The notes beneath the pieces were generated by a model, which was not told the origin of the DNA, made no database searches, and was given only the letters and a program-made list of their open reading frames with translations. Position numbers and translations under genes: made by a program. From Escherichia phage EC150, in the sequence record ON210137.1: a stretch of 64,000 bases of DNA; one strand, given 5' to 3'. Numbering within the stretch: the stretch's first letter is position 1; the number at the start of each line of letters is the position of its first letter. This document shows, piece by piece, positions 27,196 to 37,660 of this stretch.

Positions 27196-27777
27196 GTGTA
27201 TATGACAGATGTCGACCTGATTGACATGCTGGCAACGCGAATTGAAGAAGGTCTGGCGGCGTATAGTCGTGCAGACCTTTCTGCTGTTCCGGTCCAGAAA
27301 AAGTATCAACCGACTCAACAGGGTATTCCGACTGGTGACCAAATTTGGTTTAACCTTTTATTCTCAGTTCCGTTTGGATGGTCCATGAGGAAAAGTGAAT
27401 TTGTCAATGATGAGTCTCAATTTGTAAACGGAAAATTCAAAGATATTGAAGATCAAATATACGCTACACGTTTTCAAATCAGCGGCTTATTTCCAGAAGT
27501 TCCTGGCAATCCAGAAAAGCCTACTGCTAATGACGTATTGACTTATTTGGCAAGATTCATAACTCATAAAGCGAATTTGAGGGATTGGTTCAAAAAGCAT
27601 CAGGCATCAGTATATCGAATCGACATGAATAATAATGAAAAGTTTTATGATGACATGTCGCAATTTGAATCATTCCCTTCTTTTGATTTGGTAATACTTC
27701 ACAGAAACGCAATTTCAATTGATACTCCTGCTGTTGCAAGAGCTGTTAATAATGATTTGGGTGATATTCCGGTGTAA
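27196..27777 (+). CDS. neck/tail-completion protein (193 aa)
   Basis: ORF in structural operon. Confidence 0.5.
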   Translation: MYMTDVDLIDMLATRIEEGLAAYSRADLSAVPVQKKYQPTQQGIPTGDQIWFNLLFSVPFGWSMRKSEFVNDESQFVNGKFKDIEDQIYATRFQISGLFPEVPGNPEKPTANDVLTYLARFITHKANLRDWFKKHQASVYRIDMNNNEKFYDDMSQFESFPSFDLVILHRNAISIDTPAVARAVNNDLGDIPV

Positions 27778-27778
27778 T

Positions 27779-28264
27779 ATGACAAAATCAAAAATGATAG
27801 AAAAACAGATTAAGGCGCTTCAGTCTATGAAGGGTCTTACTGTTGAGGCAGGATGGTTTGATTCTACCAGATACCCTTCAGAAACTGGTGGAGAAGGAAT
27901 ACTGGTGTCAGAAGTCGCGCGACTTAACGAGTTTGGTCACATAGCTGTTTTGAACTTTGGACAAGGCCCAGTCAGGGTAGAAGTGCCACCCAGACCATTC
28001 ATGAGATATGCCTATGAATTATTCGTTAGTGAGCGCAGTGAAATAGAGAATAAAATTGCTAAAAAGATTTTTTCCGGTAAAATAGACGCTAGACAGGCAT
28101 TGGGTCAAATTGGGCTTGCGATGGAAGCAAAGATTGTCGAATCAATTAAAAACGGACCGTGGCAACCAAATGCCAGATATACTGTACGTGTGAAGGGATT
28201 CGACAAGCCTTTGATTCACACTAGCCTCATGTGGCAATCTGTCAGCAGCCAAGTCATTAAATAA
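27779..28264 (+). CDS. hypothetical structural protein (about 161 aa)
   Basis: Start adjusted to internal ATG just after upstream stop. Confidence 0.5.
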   Translation: MTKSKMIEKQIKALQSMKGLTVEAGWFDSTRYPSETGGEGILVSEVARLNEFGHIAVLNFGQGPVRVEVPPRPFMRYAYELFVSERSEIENKIAKKIFSGKIDARQALGQIGLAMEAKIVESIKNGPWQPNARYTVRVKGFDKPLIHTSLMWQSVSSQVIK

Positions 28265-28276
28265 GAGGACACCGAC

Positions 28277-29815
28277 GTGATCAGTCAATCTCGTTATATT
28301 AAAATTGTATCAGGGGTCGGAGCAGGCGCGGCTGTTGCAGTTCGCAAACTGTCGCTTCGCGTCATGACTTCTAATACAGTTCTGCCGCCGGGCATTGTAG
28401 CAGAATTTTCAACGGCTGATGCTGTTGGATCATATTTCGGTTATTCTTCCGAAGAATATAAGCGCGCAGCATTATATTTTGGATTCATCAGCAAGCAAAT
28501 TAACTCGCCTGATTCAATCAGCTTCTCGCGTATTGTTTCAACTGCGATTCCAGCAATGGTCATCGGTGATACTGAGCCTAAAGTGCTTGCTACGTTTCAA
28601 GCATTCACTGGCGCTATTTTAAGCATCACTTATGATGGCACAGACTACCTGACTGACGCAATTAACCTTTCAGCGGCAACAAGTCTGGCGAATGTGGCTG
28701 AACTTCTGGAAACGGCAATCAATACTAAATTTGCAGCAGAAGGTGGCACGTCGGTGCCTGCACTTGCTGATGCAGAAGTGTATTGGAACGCTAATACTCA
28801 GCAGTTCACGCTGGAAGCAGCGCCGTCGACCGCTGGCGCAGGCAACCTGTCTATCAACGTCACAGGCCAACCGACCGACCCGTCTCAAGCATTGGGTTGG
28901 ACCACCACTGGCACCGTAACCGTTGCAGGCCAGGGCGTTTCAAGTCCGGTAGAAGCAATCGCAGCATCTGTGGAAATCTCCAACAACTTCGGCTCATTCC
29001 TTTTTGCTGGGGCTGACCGAACTCTGGAAGAAATTACCGCTGTGGCAGCGTGGAATCATTCGCAGAATAATATGTACATGTATTTATTCTCGACTTCGTT
29101 TGCTAATATCGGGTCATACTACACCGCTCTGAAAGGGTACTCAGGCGTTGGCATGATGATTCGCGCAACTAACCTTGCCAACGATTACATCGACCAAGCA
29201 CCTGCTGAAATCCTCGCGGCAACAAACTATAATACTGTGAATGCGACTCAAAACTACATGTATTATCAGTTTGATACTCGCAACGTGACTGTTTCAACTG
29301 ACTCTCGCGCAGATACTGCTGATCAAAACCGTGCGAACTACATCGGCGCTACTCAGCAGGCCGGACAAACCTTGGCATTCTTCCAGCGCGGCGTATTGAT
29401 GGGCGGGTCAACAGCAGCAGTTGATATGAACACTTATGCCAACGAAATGTGGCTCAAGTCTGCTATTACATCTCAGCTGTTCAGCATGTTCTTGAATCTT
29501 GGTCGCGTCCCTGCTAACGAAGAAGGGAAAGCGACTGTGCAAGCCATGATTCAGGTTGCTGTGGATAACGCAAAAGTGAACGGCACCATCTCTGTTGGCA
29601 AGGCGCTGACTGAGATTCAGAAACAATACATCACGCAAACTTCCGGTGACAACACTGCTTGGCGGCAGGTTGAAACTATCGGTTACTGGCTGACTGTAGA
29701 TTTTGATACTGAAACCACTTCCGATGGGCGCACCGAATACTATGCAACATACACGCTAATCTACTCTAAAGATGATGCTGTGCGTCGCGTTGAAGGTCGT
29801 GACGTTCTTATCTAA
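28277..29815 (+). CDS. tail sheath protein
   Basis: 512 aa; immediately upstream of tube genes; Gly/Ala/Thr-rich. Confidence 0.7.
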   Translation: MISQSRYIKIVSGVGAGAAVAVRKLSLRVMTSNTVLPPGIVAEFSTADAVGSYFGYSSEEYKRAALYFGFISKQINSPDSISFSRIVSTAIPAMVIGDTEPKVLATFQAFTGAILSITYDGTDYLTDAINLSAATSLANVAELLETAINTKFAAEGGTSVPALADAEVYWNANTQQFTLEAAPSTAGAGNLSINVTGQPTDPSQALGWTTTGTVTVAGQGVSSPVEAIAASVEISNNFGSFLFAGADRTLEEITAVAAWNHSQNNMYMYLFSTSFANIGSYYTALKGYSGVGMMIRATNLANDYIDQAPAEILAATNYNTVNATQNYMYYQFDTRNVTVSTDSRADTADQNRANYIGATQQAGQTLAFFQRGVLMGGSTAAVDMNTYANEMWLKSAITSQLFSMFLNLGRVPANEEGKATVQAMIQVAVDNAKVNGTISVGKALTEIQKQYITQTSGDNTAWRQVETIGYWLTVDFDTETTSDGRTEYYATYTLIYSKDDAVRRVEGRDVLI

Positions 29816-29862
29816 ATAATTGCCGCCGTAACTGGCGGCCATCTCTCTGAGAGGAATCTGTA

Positions 29863-30330
29863 ATGATTAACGTTTCCGGTTTTGGCGCTTCGATTCGTTT
29901 AGTGGCATCAAACACTTTTCCAAATGGTGTAACCCTTTCTGATTTCGCAGATGATGCTGATCCGATTGACGCGCCTGATCTTCAAATCTCTGAAGCCGCA
30001 ATGGGGCTTAACGGTGACCTGGTAGTCTGGAACCGTGCCAACCCTCTTGAAGTAGGCGTCAACATCATCCCTACTTCTGAAAGCGATGTAAACTTAGATG
30101 TTCTGGCAGCGGCTAACCGTGTAGGCAAGCGCAAGAACTCTGCGAAAGACGTGATCACCCTTATTCTGACCTACCCTTCTGGCATGGTCATTACACTGAA
30201 CAAGGGCACTTTGACGACTGGTTCAGTAATTCCTGGCATCCAGTCTCAGGGTCGTGTAAAAACACGTCAATATCGCTTTAAGTTTGAGAACGTAGTCAAA
30301 ACTGGCGTGAGCAACCAAGAGATTTTATAA
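29863..30330 (+). CDS. tail tube protein
   Basis: 155 aa directly after sheath; N-terminus MINVSGFGASIRLVA; paralog at 31281-31778. Confidence 0.65.
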   Translation: MINVSGFGASIRLVASNTFPNGVTLSDFADDADPIDAPDLQISEAAMGLNGDLVVWNRANPLEVGVNIIPTSESDVNLDVLAAANRVGKRKNSAKDVITLILTYPSGMVITLNKGTLTTGSVIPGIQSQGRVKTRQYRFKFENVVKTGVSNQEIL

Positions 30331-30659
30331 TGTATCAAATACCACTTGACAGCGTACCTAACCAGAATATCAGCTTTAACGTTGACGGGGCTTATTGGCA
30401 GCTGCACATATTCGCCGCAATTGAGCACATGTGCGCAGATGTTTACCGCAATGGCGAATTGTTGATTCAAGGGGTGCGCTGTTTTGGTGGTATACCAATG
30501 GTGCCTTATAAATATCTCATGATTGGGTACGGCAATTTTATTTTTGACAGCACGCCCGATTATGAGAACTTTAATTCTGGCGGCTGTAATTTATATTACA
30601 TGTCAGAATCTGAGTTGGCTGAATTCCAGAAAACTGCTGAAGCGGAGTTTGCAATTTGA
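30330..30659 (+). CDS. hypothetical tail protein (109 aa)
   Basis: ORF in tail operon. Confidence 0.45.
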   Translation: MYQIPLDSVPNQNISFNVDGAYWQLHIFAAIEHMCADVYRNGELLIQGVRCFGGIPMVPYKYLMIGYGNFIFDSTPDYENFNSGGCNLYYMSESELAEFQKTAEAEFAI

Positions 30660-31012
30660 CAACTCTAACGATTGAAGTTAATGATAACAACGACCTGTTT
30701 CTGCCTGATGGAAGAAATTTGAATATTCTGTCAGGAGAAAAGGCCATGGTACAAGTTATCAAGGCAGCGCATCAAATGCGACTTGGTGAAGACTTGTACG
30801 ATGTTGAAAACGGAGTCGATTATTTAGGCACTGTTTTCAAATCGCCCGTTGATGAAGACGGTGCGAGAAAGTCGATTGCAGATGCTATTCTGAAGAAAGC
30901 AGACGTTGCCGGAATCGACTCATTGACTGTCACCATCCAAAACGGTATTCTTGGATTCACCGCTGAAGTGGTGACTATTTATGGCGAACGTATAAAGGTG
31001 AGTAATCAATAA
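30656..31012 (+). CDS. hypothetical tail protein (118 aa)
   Basis: ORF in tail operon. Confidence 0.45.
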   Translation: MTTLTIEVNDNNDLFLPDGRNLNILSGEKAMVQVIKAAHQMRLGEDLYDVENGVDYLGTVFKSPVDEDGARKSIADAILKKADVAGIDSLTVTIQNGILGFTAEVVTIYGERIKVSNQ

Positions 31013-31278
31013 TGGCACAAGTAATTCATTTTGCTAATGGCGTCATGAAATTTGGCGAAAAATTTGAAGACGCATCTGAATTATTTAACAAGACTTCAAA
31101 GCCTGTTGTGGAGAAGAAAGAACAGGTTGAAGAGAAGGCAGTAGAATCGAAAGTTGATTTTGATTCGATGAGCGTCTCTGAATTGAAGGCTTATGCAAAG
31201 GAACATGAGATTGACATCAAAGGTCTTTCTTATAAGGATGAAATTCTTGCAGCAGTTAAATCTGCATCTGCGGAGTAA
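31012..31278 (+). CDS. small protein with C-terminal HeH/SAP-like motif (88 aa)
   Basis: MSVSELKAYAKEHEIDIKGLSYKDEILAAV resembles Rho-N/HeH DNA-binding motif. Confidence 0.45.
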   Translation: MAQVIHFANGVMKFGEKFEDASELFNKTSKPVVEKKEQVEEKAVESKVDFDSMSVSELKAYAKEHEIDIKGLSYKDEILAAVKSASAE

Positions 31279-31280
31279 AC

Positions 31281-31778
31281 ATGGTCAATATTAGTGGATT
31301 TGGCACAAGCATTAGAATTGTCGCTCTCCAATCTTTTCCTGTTGGGCTGAATATCAGTTCTTTGTCTGATGACCAGGATTCGCTAATTATTGAGGAAGTT
31401 GAATCAGTAGGCTATCAACTTACTTATGACGGCGGCATTTGTATTTATGACAAGGCCGCCGTCGTTCGCGTATCCATTGCGGTGATCCCAAACACTGAAG
31501 ATGACATAAACCTAAAGCTTTTGCTTTCCGCTCGTAAAGGCGGATTCAAGTGGCTTCCTATACAGGATGTCACGTCAATGCTTATTACATATCCTGATGG
31601 CGGCAGAGTAGCATTTTCGAACGGGACCATAATCAGCGGTCCGCTTGGCGACTCCATTGAGCAATCCGGTCGTCGCAAGACAAACAGATATACATTCGTG
31701 TTTGCCAGCTACGGCGGCGCACAGAGCACATCGCAAATTGCAAAAGGCGTGGTGCAGAGCATATTGGGGTCAATTTAA
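31281..31778 (+). CDS. tail tube protein paralog
   Basis: N-terminus MVNISGFGTSIRIVA and overall pattern align with the 29863-30330 product. Confidence 0.6.
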   Translation: MVNISGFGTSIRIVALQSFPVGLNISSLSDDQDSLIIEEVESVGYQLTYDGGICIYDKAAVVRVSIAVIPNTEDDINLKLLLSARKGGFKWLPIQDVTSMLITYPDGGRVAFSNGTIISGPLGDSIEQSGRRKTNRYTFVFASYGGAQSTSQIAKGVVQSILGSI

Positions 31779-32311
31779 TGGCTATCGATTTATTGTCATA
31801 TAGTCTTTCAAACAGAAGCTTCAAAATAAGAAGCTTCAACCTTGGGGAAGTGTCAACGCTTGGTTGGGCTATTGTTAACGTAAAAATAAGACTCCAAGCA
31901 AAGATATTCAAAAACCAAAGGGAAGACGGAAGCTATATCGTCGATGGCAGAGTCAAAATGCCTAGAATATTGACTGTGACTGTAATAGCACAGACAAAAA
32001 GCGCGTCCGACGCAATCGCAAAGATGTTGCAGAACAGGTCCACGATATACACAATAAATTCTCGTGGGCTAATCTTTGAACGTATGGTACTGCAAAATAA
32101 CAATTTCAGCCAAGATGCTGACAATATAACCTCACAACCCATACAACTAGTCTTCCATGAGATATTAACACAGCAGGATGTGTCTATTCAAACAGCGCAA
32201 GCAGCCGACTCAACTGTCATTGAGCGCGGCATCGCTTACATAAAAGAGACTACTGCCAGCGTCACTGGCGTTGCAACAAAGGTGATGAATGGCATCAAGG
32301 GGATGTTCTGA
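31778..32311 (+). CDS. hypothetical tail protein (177 aa)
   Basis: ORF in tail operon. Confidence 0.45.
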   Translation: MAIDLLSYSLSNRSFKIRSFNLGEVSTLGWAIVNVKIRLQAKIFKNQREDGSYIVDGRVKMPRILTVTVIAQTKSASDAIAKMLQNRSTIYTINSRGLIFERMVLQNNNFSQDADNITSQPIQLVFHEILTQQDVSIQTAQAADSTVIERGIAYIKETTASVTGVATKVMNGIKGMF

Positions 32312-32871
32312 TGGACTTTGTTTCGATTCTGCTTTCTGGTCAATCTCTGACCATAACGAATGAGTCGACAGGGCTTCCTGTCTGGACAAGGCTTTCTCCA
32401 GTGTCTGCAGAAATAACATCACCAGCAGAAACTACTCAATTTCCACTTGCTGGAACGGCGATGCAGGTGGTGGAAGTATCAAGCACATCCTCAGTAAGCA
32501 ATTTACAGGCGGCAAAAGTAATAATGCCAGCGCACATGGCGCTAAACGTAATTTGCAACGACCAATCGACTATTGAAAACATAATTAATACATTCGACAA
32601 TGATGAAGTCACATTTTCAATAGCTTCTCGAAGCATAATTGCAAGTAAAATGTCGATGTCTGATGTCGAAATAACTCAGTCAGAAGAAAACCTGAATGGA
32701 GTCTCAATTGTAATAACATTTGAACAGACGTCATTTAGTATTCAAGGAAGCTTTGACCCTAAACAGTCCGCAGATGAATCGTCAAATGGCGTGGCTATTA
32801 AAGAGCCAGTCAGTTTGACTACAACTGTGAGTTCGTTATATAATAAAATAAAATCAACAGTAGGAATATAA
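32311..32871 (+). CDS. hypothetical tail protein (186 aa)
   Basis: ORF in tail operon upstream of tape measure. Confidence 0.45.
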   Translation: MDFVSILLSGQSLTITNESTGLPVWTRLSPVSAEITSPAETTQFPLAGTAMQVVEVSSTSSVSNLQAAKVIMPAHMALNVICNDQSTIENIINTFDNDEVTFSIASRSIIASKMSMSDVEITQSEENLNGVSIVITFEQTSFSIQGSFDPKQSADESSNGVAIKEPVSLTTTVSSLYNKIKSTVGI

Positions 32872-32872
32872 A

Positions 32873-33289
32873 ATGAAGATCACCAATAAACAAACTGGTC
32901 GTAAAGTAGAAATTAAAATCAGCAAAATGACTGCGATGGAAGGTTGGAACATACAGCGCCGATTTATCGAATTTGCAATGTCAAAAGACCCTGCATTCCG
33001 TTCAGAATACACAATGGAAGTATTAAGCTTTGCAAAGGTTGAACTTGATGTCGGGCAAGAAATTCCGCTGAGCACTGGCGCACTTATTGACAACCATCTT
33101 GGCGACTGGGAAAACTTGAAATTGGTTTTCGAAGCGGTGTTGATGGAAAACGGAATCAACCCAGAGACTCACGCTGAACGTGAAGGATACTGGGAACAAG
33201 CTGGCGGCGAAATGGCTGCAGCATTTATTGGCGAATCGATGCGATTAATCGCGCCATTCCTCAGCGGCGAGACTCCAAACAAGGGGTAA
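32873..33289 (+). CDS. tail assembly chaperone-like protein
   Basis: 138-aa ORF immediately upstream of tape measure gene. Confidence 0.45.
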   Translation: MKITNKQTGRKVEIKISKMTAMEGWNIQRRFIEFAMSKDPAFRSEYTMEVLSFAKVELDVGQEIPLSTGALIDNHLGDWENLKLVFEAVLMENGINPETHAEREGYWEQAGGEMAAAFIGESMRLIAPFLSGETPNKG

Positions 33290-33292
33290 ACT

Positions 33293-35473
33293 GTGTCTGA
33301 CTCATTAGAAAAATTTGTTCTTCAATATACGGTGGACTTGAAAGAGTCCATCAATCGTCTTGAGCAATTGCAAGATAAGGTTGATCGGTTGATCAGACAA
33401 ATAAAGGCCGCTGGTAAGGACTTCACCGGAGCATTCAAAGATGTGTTTGGTGAGCTGAAGCCTCTCACAGCTGAACTGGGGTCCATTGACGGAATCCTTG
33501 CGCGGCTTACTTATCGCTTTGCCGCGCTCGTTCCTGTTGTCGCAGGATTGGCTGTCGTAGTCAAATCCATTGTTGATGTTCGAAAAGAATACGAAGCGCA
33601 AAGGAAGCTGGGTTTTGAAGCAGGACTTTCACCAATTGGCGTGGAGCAACTACAGCGACAATTGAATGAGAGTTCAGGCGGAGTTCTTGGTGCGCAAGGG
33701 TCAAGGGATTTGATCAGCAAGGCTTCTAATCTCGCATTCAACGCATACACCAACCCAGATGTTATGAACAAGGACAACTTGTTACTTAACAAGATGGGAA
33801 CCAGTCCTTTCAACAGTAACGGCGGCATCAAAGACACAAACCGGCTGCTTGATGAAATTGGCACAAAGCTGAGAAGTGTGAATGAGCAAACCGCTCGTGC
33901 TATTGGTGCTCTGGCAGGTTTTACCGCTGATGAAGTCCGTGCGCTTCGTGAGCGAAATCAATCAGTCAAAGAAAGCACCCGTATAAGCGACGAAGAAACC
34001 GCGAAGCTGCAAAGACAGCAGGTCGCACTTGAAACGATACGAAACAGCATGGGCCAAATTCAAGAAGACTGGCGACGCATTGAACTGGTAATCGGCGAGA
34101 ACGTGATGCCGGCATTCTCGACGCTTGTCAGCAAGACTGCCGATACAGTCGAAGGATTCCAGATGATGTTTCAAAGAATGTCTGATGGATGGTCTGAATT
34201 TGTCGACAATTTCATCGCTGACTTGAAACACCCGTTTGATAAACAGGCGGCTGTCAACGAGCGCCACGAGCGTGCCGTTGATAGATGGATCACTCAGATG
34301 GCTGACGGCGATGTGAAACGCCAGAGGAGTCAGGAGCAAAACGCGGCTGAACAACGTTCTGCGCAAGCACTTTTCACTCGCGATATAAACCTGTTTTCAA
34401 GCGCCGTTTCAACCTTTGCTGGTGTTATTGATGAGCGACAAGCGTGGGCTGCATGGGCTGGTGAGATAGGACGAAGCGCAGGCCAATCCGCAATGCCTGG
34501 CACGCCAGCACTAAGCACTGGTGCGACCGTAGGCAACAACTTGGGGTCAGGAAATCCGACTGCATATGACTCAATCTATGAGGAAGCCTCCAAGCGTTAT
34601 GGAATCCCTGTTGCGATGATGAAGGCCGTCACAGAAGTCGAATCTGGATTCAACCCTAATGCCGTAAGCGGAGCAGGCGCGACCGGACTGATGCAAATAA
34701 TGCCTTCCAACTTCAAGGGACTTGGTATCACAGACGGTAATGACCCAAGACAAAACATTATGGGCGGCGCTCAACTTCTCAAGGAATATTTAACTGCTGC
34801 CAATGGCGATTGGAATCTTGCACTGACTATGTATCACGGCGGATATGACCGCAGCGGATGGGGAAAGAACACCCGTGCATACCCTGGCAAGGTGATGGCC
34901 GCTCTCGAACGACAGGCGAATGGAGAATACGCCACGGGAGCGCCGCAAGGTGCACCAGTTACTCCAGTGCTTAGCGGTAGCGGAGTAGAAGCGTCAAAAG
35001 GCAGCTACGCTCCAGTACAGGGCCAATCCCGCCAAACGGTGCAATACAGACAGTTGCAAGAAGCCATTGCAGGATACCTAAACGTGCCAGTTGAGCAGCT
35101 GATGCAAGGACAAGTCAACAAAGGTGATATTGACTTTGCTCAAACTTACCTTAAACTTGGAACGCAAAGGGATTATATTAAAAACATGCAGCTGGCTTCA
35201 ACTCCAGGTGTAAGGCCGAACATTCAGGCCGAAGCCATGAAGAATGCTCGTCTCGCGGCATTCCAGCTTGAAGCATTCCAGAAATACGGCGGCGACCTTT
35301 CCGCGAATAGTCGACCTGGTGGGCGTGATATTACTATGGGTCAGAAAAACGTTGTCATCAACGTCAACGGCGCTCAAGACCCAAGAAGCACGGCGATTGA
35401 GACTAAGCGTGTGCTTGAACAAGATGATATAAACGACATAAACAACCTTACTGCTACACCTTTGAAGTGGTGA
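33293..35473 (+). CDS. tape measure protein with lytic transglycosylase (SLT) domain
   Basis: 726 aa; coiled-coil-rich N-terminus; TEVESGFNPNAVSGAGATGLMQIMPSNF ... YHGG matches SLT catalytic region. Confidence 0.85.
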   Translation: MSDSLEKFVLQYTVDLKESINRLEQLQDKVDRLIRQIKAAGKDFTGAFKDVFGELKPLTAELGSIDGILARLTYRFAALVPVVAGLAVVVKSIVDVRKEYEAQRKLGFEAGLSPIGVEQLQRQLNESSGGVLGAQGSRDLISKASNLAFNAYTNPDVMNKDNLLLNKMGTSPFNSNGGIKDTNRLLDEIGTKLRSVNEQTARAIGALAGFTADEVRALRERNQSVKESTRISDEETAKLQRQQVALETIRNSMGQIQEDWRRIELVIGENVMPAFSTLVSKTADTVEGFQMMFQRMSDGWSEFVDNFIADLKHPFDKQAAVNERHERAVDRWITQMADGDVKRQRSQEQNAAEQRSAQALFTRDINLFSSAVSTFAGVIDERQAWAAWAGEIGRSAGQSAMPGTPALSTGATVGNNLGSGNPTAYDSIYEEASKRYGIPVAMMKAVTEVESGFNPNAVSGAGATGLMQIMPSNFKGLGITDGNDPRQNIMGGAQLLKEYLTAANGDWNLALTMYHGGYDRSGWGKNTRAYPGKVMAALERQANGEYATGAPQGAPVTPVLSGSGVEASKGSYAPVQGQSRQTVQYRQLQEAIAGYLNVPVEQLMQGQVNKGDIDFAQTYLKLGTQRDYIKNMQLASTPGVRPNIQAEAMKNARLAAFQLEAFQKYGGDLSANSRPGGRDITMGQKNVVINVNGAQDPRSTAIETKRVLEQDDINDINNLTATPLKW

Positions 35474-35477
35474 TAAT

Positions 35478-36350
35478 TTGAAAAAGAGAATCCTTAAGGT
35501 CACCTTATCTATGCCGGATGGCACAAGCCAAGTTCTTGATGAAGGATTGATGCTCAGATGCCGAATCAAAAAGGCAGCACTTTCCGTTCAGAATAAGGCC
35601 ACGATTGAAGTCGCAGGATTAACAGGGTACTTGAGAGAGTACCTGCTTTCCAACTTCACGGCATTCAACAAACGTCTGCGTGATCAAGGTCAGTTGGCGG
35701 CGAACTACGTTAATGTGACTATTGAAGCTGGATACAGAGAAGGGAGCGTAATCAGCAGCAACTTGGTATACAAGGGACAGGTGACTACGGTGGAGATAAC
35801 AGCGCCGCCGCCGAATATCGTCATCAGAATCACGTGTTATACAAACCAAATAAACAGAACGAAGTTCATAACTCAAGCCGCGCCATCCAACCCGACTTTC
35901 AAAGAGTTTGTGGAATGGTCTGCAAAGCAAATGGACATTGATACTGTTATTTGCGACACGTCGATTAACAATCAGCGCCTTGTAAACCCAGGAAGAACGA
36001 CATATGTTGCTGCTGCGCTGCTGCTTGAGATCCAGAACTATCAACGCAACTCCATCGCGGCATACATTGATGACGATACGTTAATTGTTAAGGATAAAGA
36101 CAAAATTCTAAATCCAGACCAGATTACGGTCATTGAGGAATTTGTCGGAATACCGATGTGGAACGAGTGGGGTGCAGACTTCACTTGTATGTATAACGCA
36201 GATTTGAAGCTTGCACAAGGTGTTAAATTCAAATCAGTCTTAAACCCAAGCTTGAACGACACCACATTTGTCATCATGCAACTTGAATATGATTTAGCGA
36301 GTCGTGATGACATATTTACGGTGACGGGCGGCGTTGCACCATCGGCATAA
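35478..36350 (+). CDS. baseplate hub-like protein
   Basis: 290 aa directly after tape measure. Confidence 0.45.
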   Translation: MKKRILKVTLSMPDGTSQVLDEGLMLRCRIKKAALSVQNKATIEVAGLTGYLREYLLSNFTAFNKRLRDQGQLAANYVNVTIEAGYREGSVISSNLVYKGQVTTVEITAPPPNIVIRITCYTNQINRTKFITQAAPSNPTFKEFVEWSAKQMDIDTVICDTSINNQRLVNPGRTTYVAAALLLEIQNYQRNSIAAYIDDDTLIVKDKDKILNPDQITVIEEFVGIPMWNEWGADFTCMYNADLKLAQGVKFKSVLNPSLNDTTFVIMQLEYDLASRDDIFTVTGGVAPSA

Positions 36351-36352
36351 AT

Positions 36353-36874
36353 ATGAGAAAGAATAAAATAATCGACTTGTTTGGCGTAACTTATGAAATT
36401 CATCAATTCAGCGCAATAGATGCATTTGAAATGGTCGATGACATAAGTATATTAACCCCACTTGAATTATTGAGTGAATGTTATGTAATAAAATACGACG
36501 GGTCCAAAGTAAGGCTTAATTCTGAAAAAGTAATTAGTGAAGAAGTGAAAAGTATTCCTAATCACTTGCCGCCTAATCTTGTGTTGAAAGTGTTAATGGA
36601 AGCCGTTAAAAAGCACAACTTTGGATTCCTTAGCGATTGGAAAAGCACCAAAATTCCAAATAGATTCTTGGCGGATGCACCGACAGTAGAGCCTAATTAT
36701 CTTGAGCCAATGGTTGCAAGTCTAATAAATAACGGCCTTGCATCTTTAAAGGAGTTGGAAGAATACTATTCACTGCGTGATGCATTTGCTATGTTTGATG
36801 GTTTAATAGCAAAATCACTTAATGAAGCCTACTCAAACGAAGCTGCCATTAAAGAATCAAAGTCAAATCGCTAA
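36353..36874 (+). CDS. hypothetical protein (173 aa)
   Basis: AT-rich ORF inserted between baseplate genes. Confidence 0.45.
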   Translation: MRKNKIIDLFGVTYEIHQFSAIDAFEMVDDISILTPLELLSECYVIKYDGSKVRLNSEKVISEEVKSIPNHLPPNLVLKVLMEAVKKHNFGFLSDWKSTKIPNRFLADAPTVEPNYLEPMVASLINNGLASLKELEEYYSLRDAFAMFDGLIAKSLNEAYSNEAAIKESKSNR

Positions 36875-36934
36875 AATATTGCTTATAGACTCCTTATAGA
36901 TTATAATTTGTTGATCAGATATAAGGAGTCTATG

Positions 36935-37660
36935 ATGGCAGAAAAGTTAACCCAACTTACAAGCCCCAACCAAACTGACAAATCAAGTATGTTTGCCGCG
37001 CTTCAGGGAATGCTGGACCGTGGCAAGTATACCACTGATGGCATGATTCCTGCGCAAGTAATATCTTATGACCGCAAGAAAAATTTAGCAGTCATAAAAC
37101 CTGTTATTCATTTCGTAAGTCTTGATGATAAGCCAGTGGAGCGTCAACCTTTGGTGTCAATTCCGGTACTGGCAATCGGCGGCGGCGGATTCGTGATCAA
37201 CTTCCCTTTGAAGGAAGGCGACTTGGGCTGGATATTCGCTGGCGACCGCGAGTTGTCGACATTCCTTGAAGAATTGAAGCCGGCCGCGCCTACCAATGGC
37301 CGTGTAAAAACTTTCGCTGATGGACTGTTCATACCGGATGTATTCCGAAAATACACCATAAGCGGAGAGGATGCAGGGTCAATGGTAATTCAATCCCTCA
37401 GCGGCGCTGTGAGAATTGCACTAAGCGATGACTCAATAAACATAATTGCGTCTGCTGGAGTAAACGTCAAGACCCCGATAACCACTATCGATCAACAATT
37501 GATAGTAAATGGAAAGGCAACATTCAATGGTGGGATAGAAGGCAAAGAAGGAACGACGGCAACGCTTCCGACTGGCACAACGGTCGGTGGCATTGATGTA
37601 TCCACTCACGGGCATATCGGTAACGGGCCTGGAAACAGAACTGGGAATATGATAGAATGA
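36935..37660 (+). CDS. baseplate spike/central-spike-like protein
   Basis: ATG 6 nt after AAGGAG; Gly-rich VLAIGGGGFVINFPLKEGDLGWIFAGDRE segment. Confidence 0.45.
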   Translation: MAEKLTQLTSPNQTDKSSMFAALQGMLDRGKYTTDGMIPAQVISYDRKKNLAVIKPVIHFVSLDDKPVERQPLVSIPVLAIGGGGFVINFPLKEGDLGWIFAGDRELSTFLEELKPAAPTNGRVKTFADGLFIPDVFRKYTISGEDAGSMVIQSLSGAVRIALSDDSINIIASAGVNVKTPITTIDQQLIVNGKATFNGGIEGKEGTTATLPTGTTVGGIDVSTHGHIGNGPGNRTGNMIE

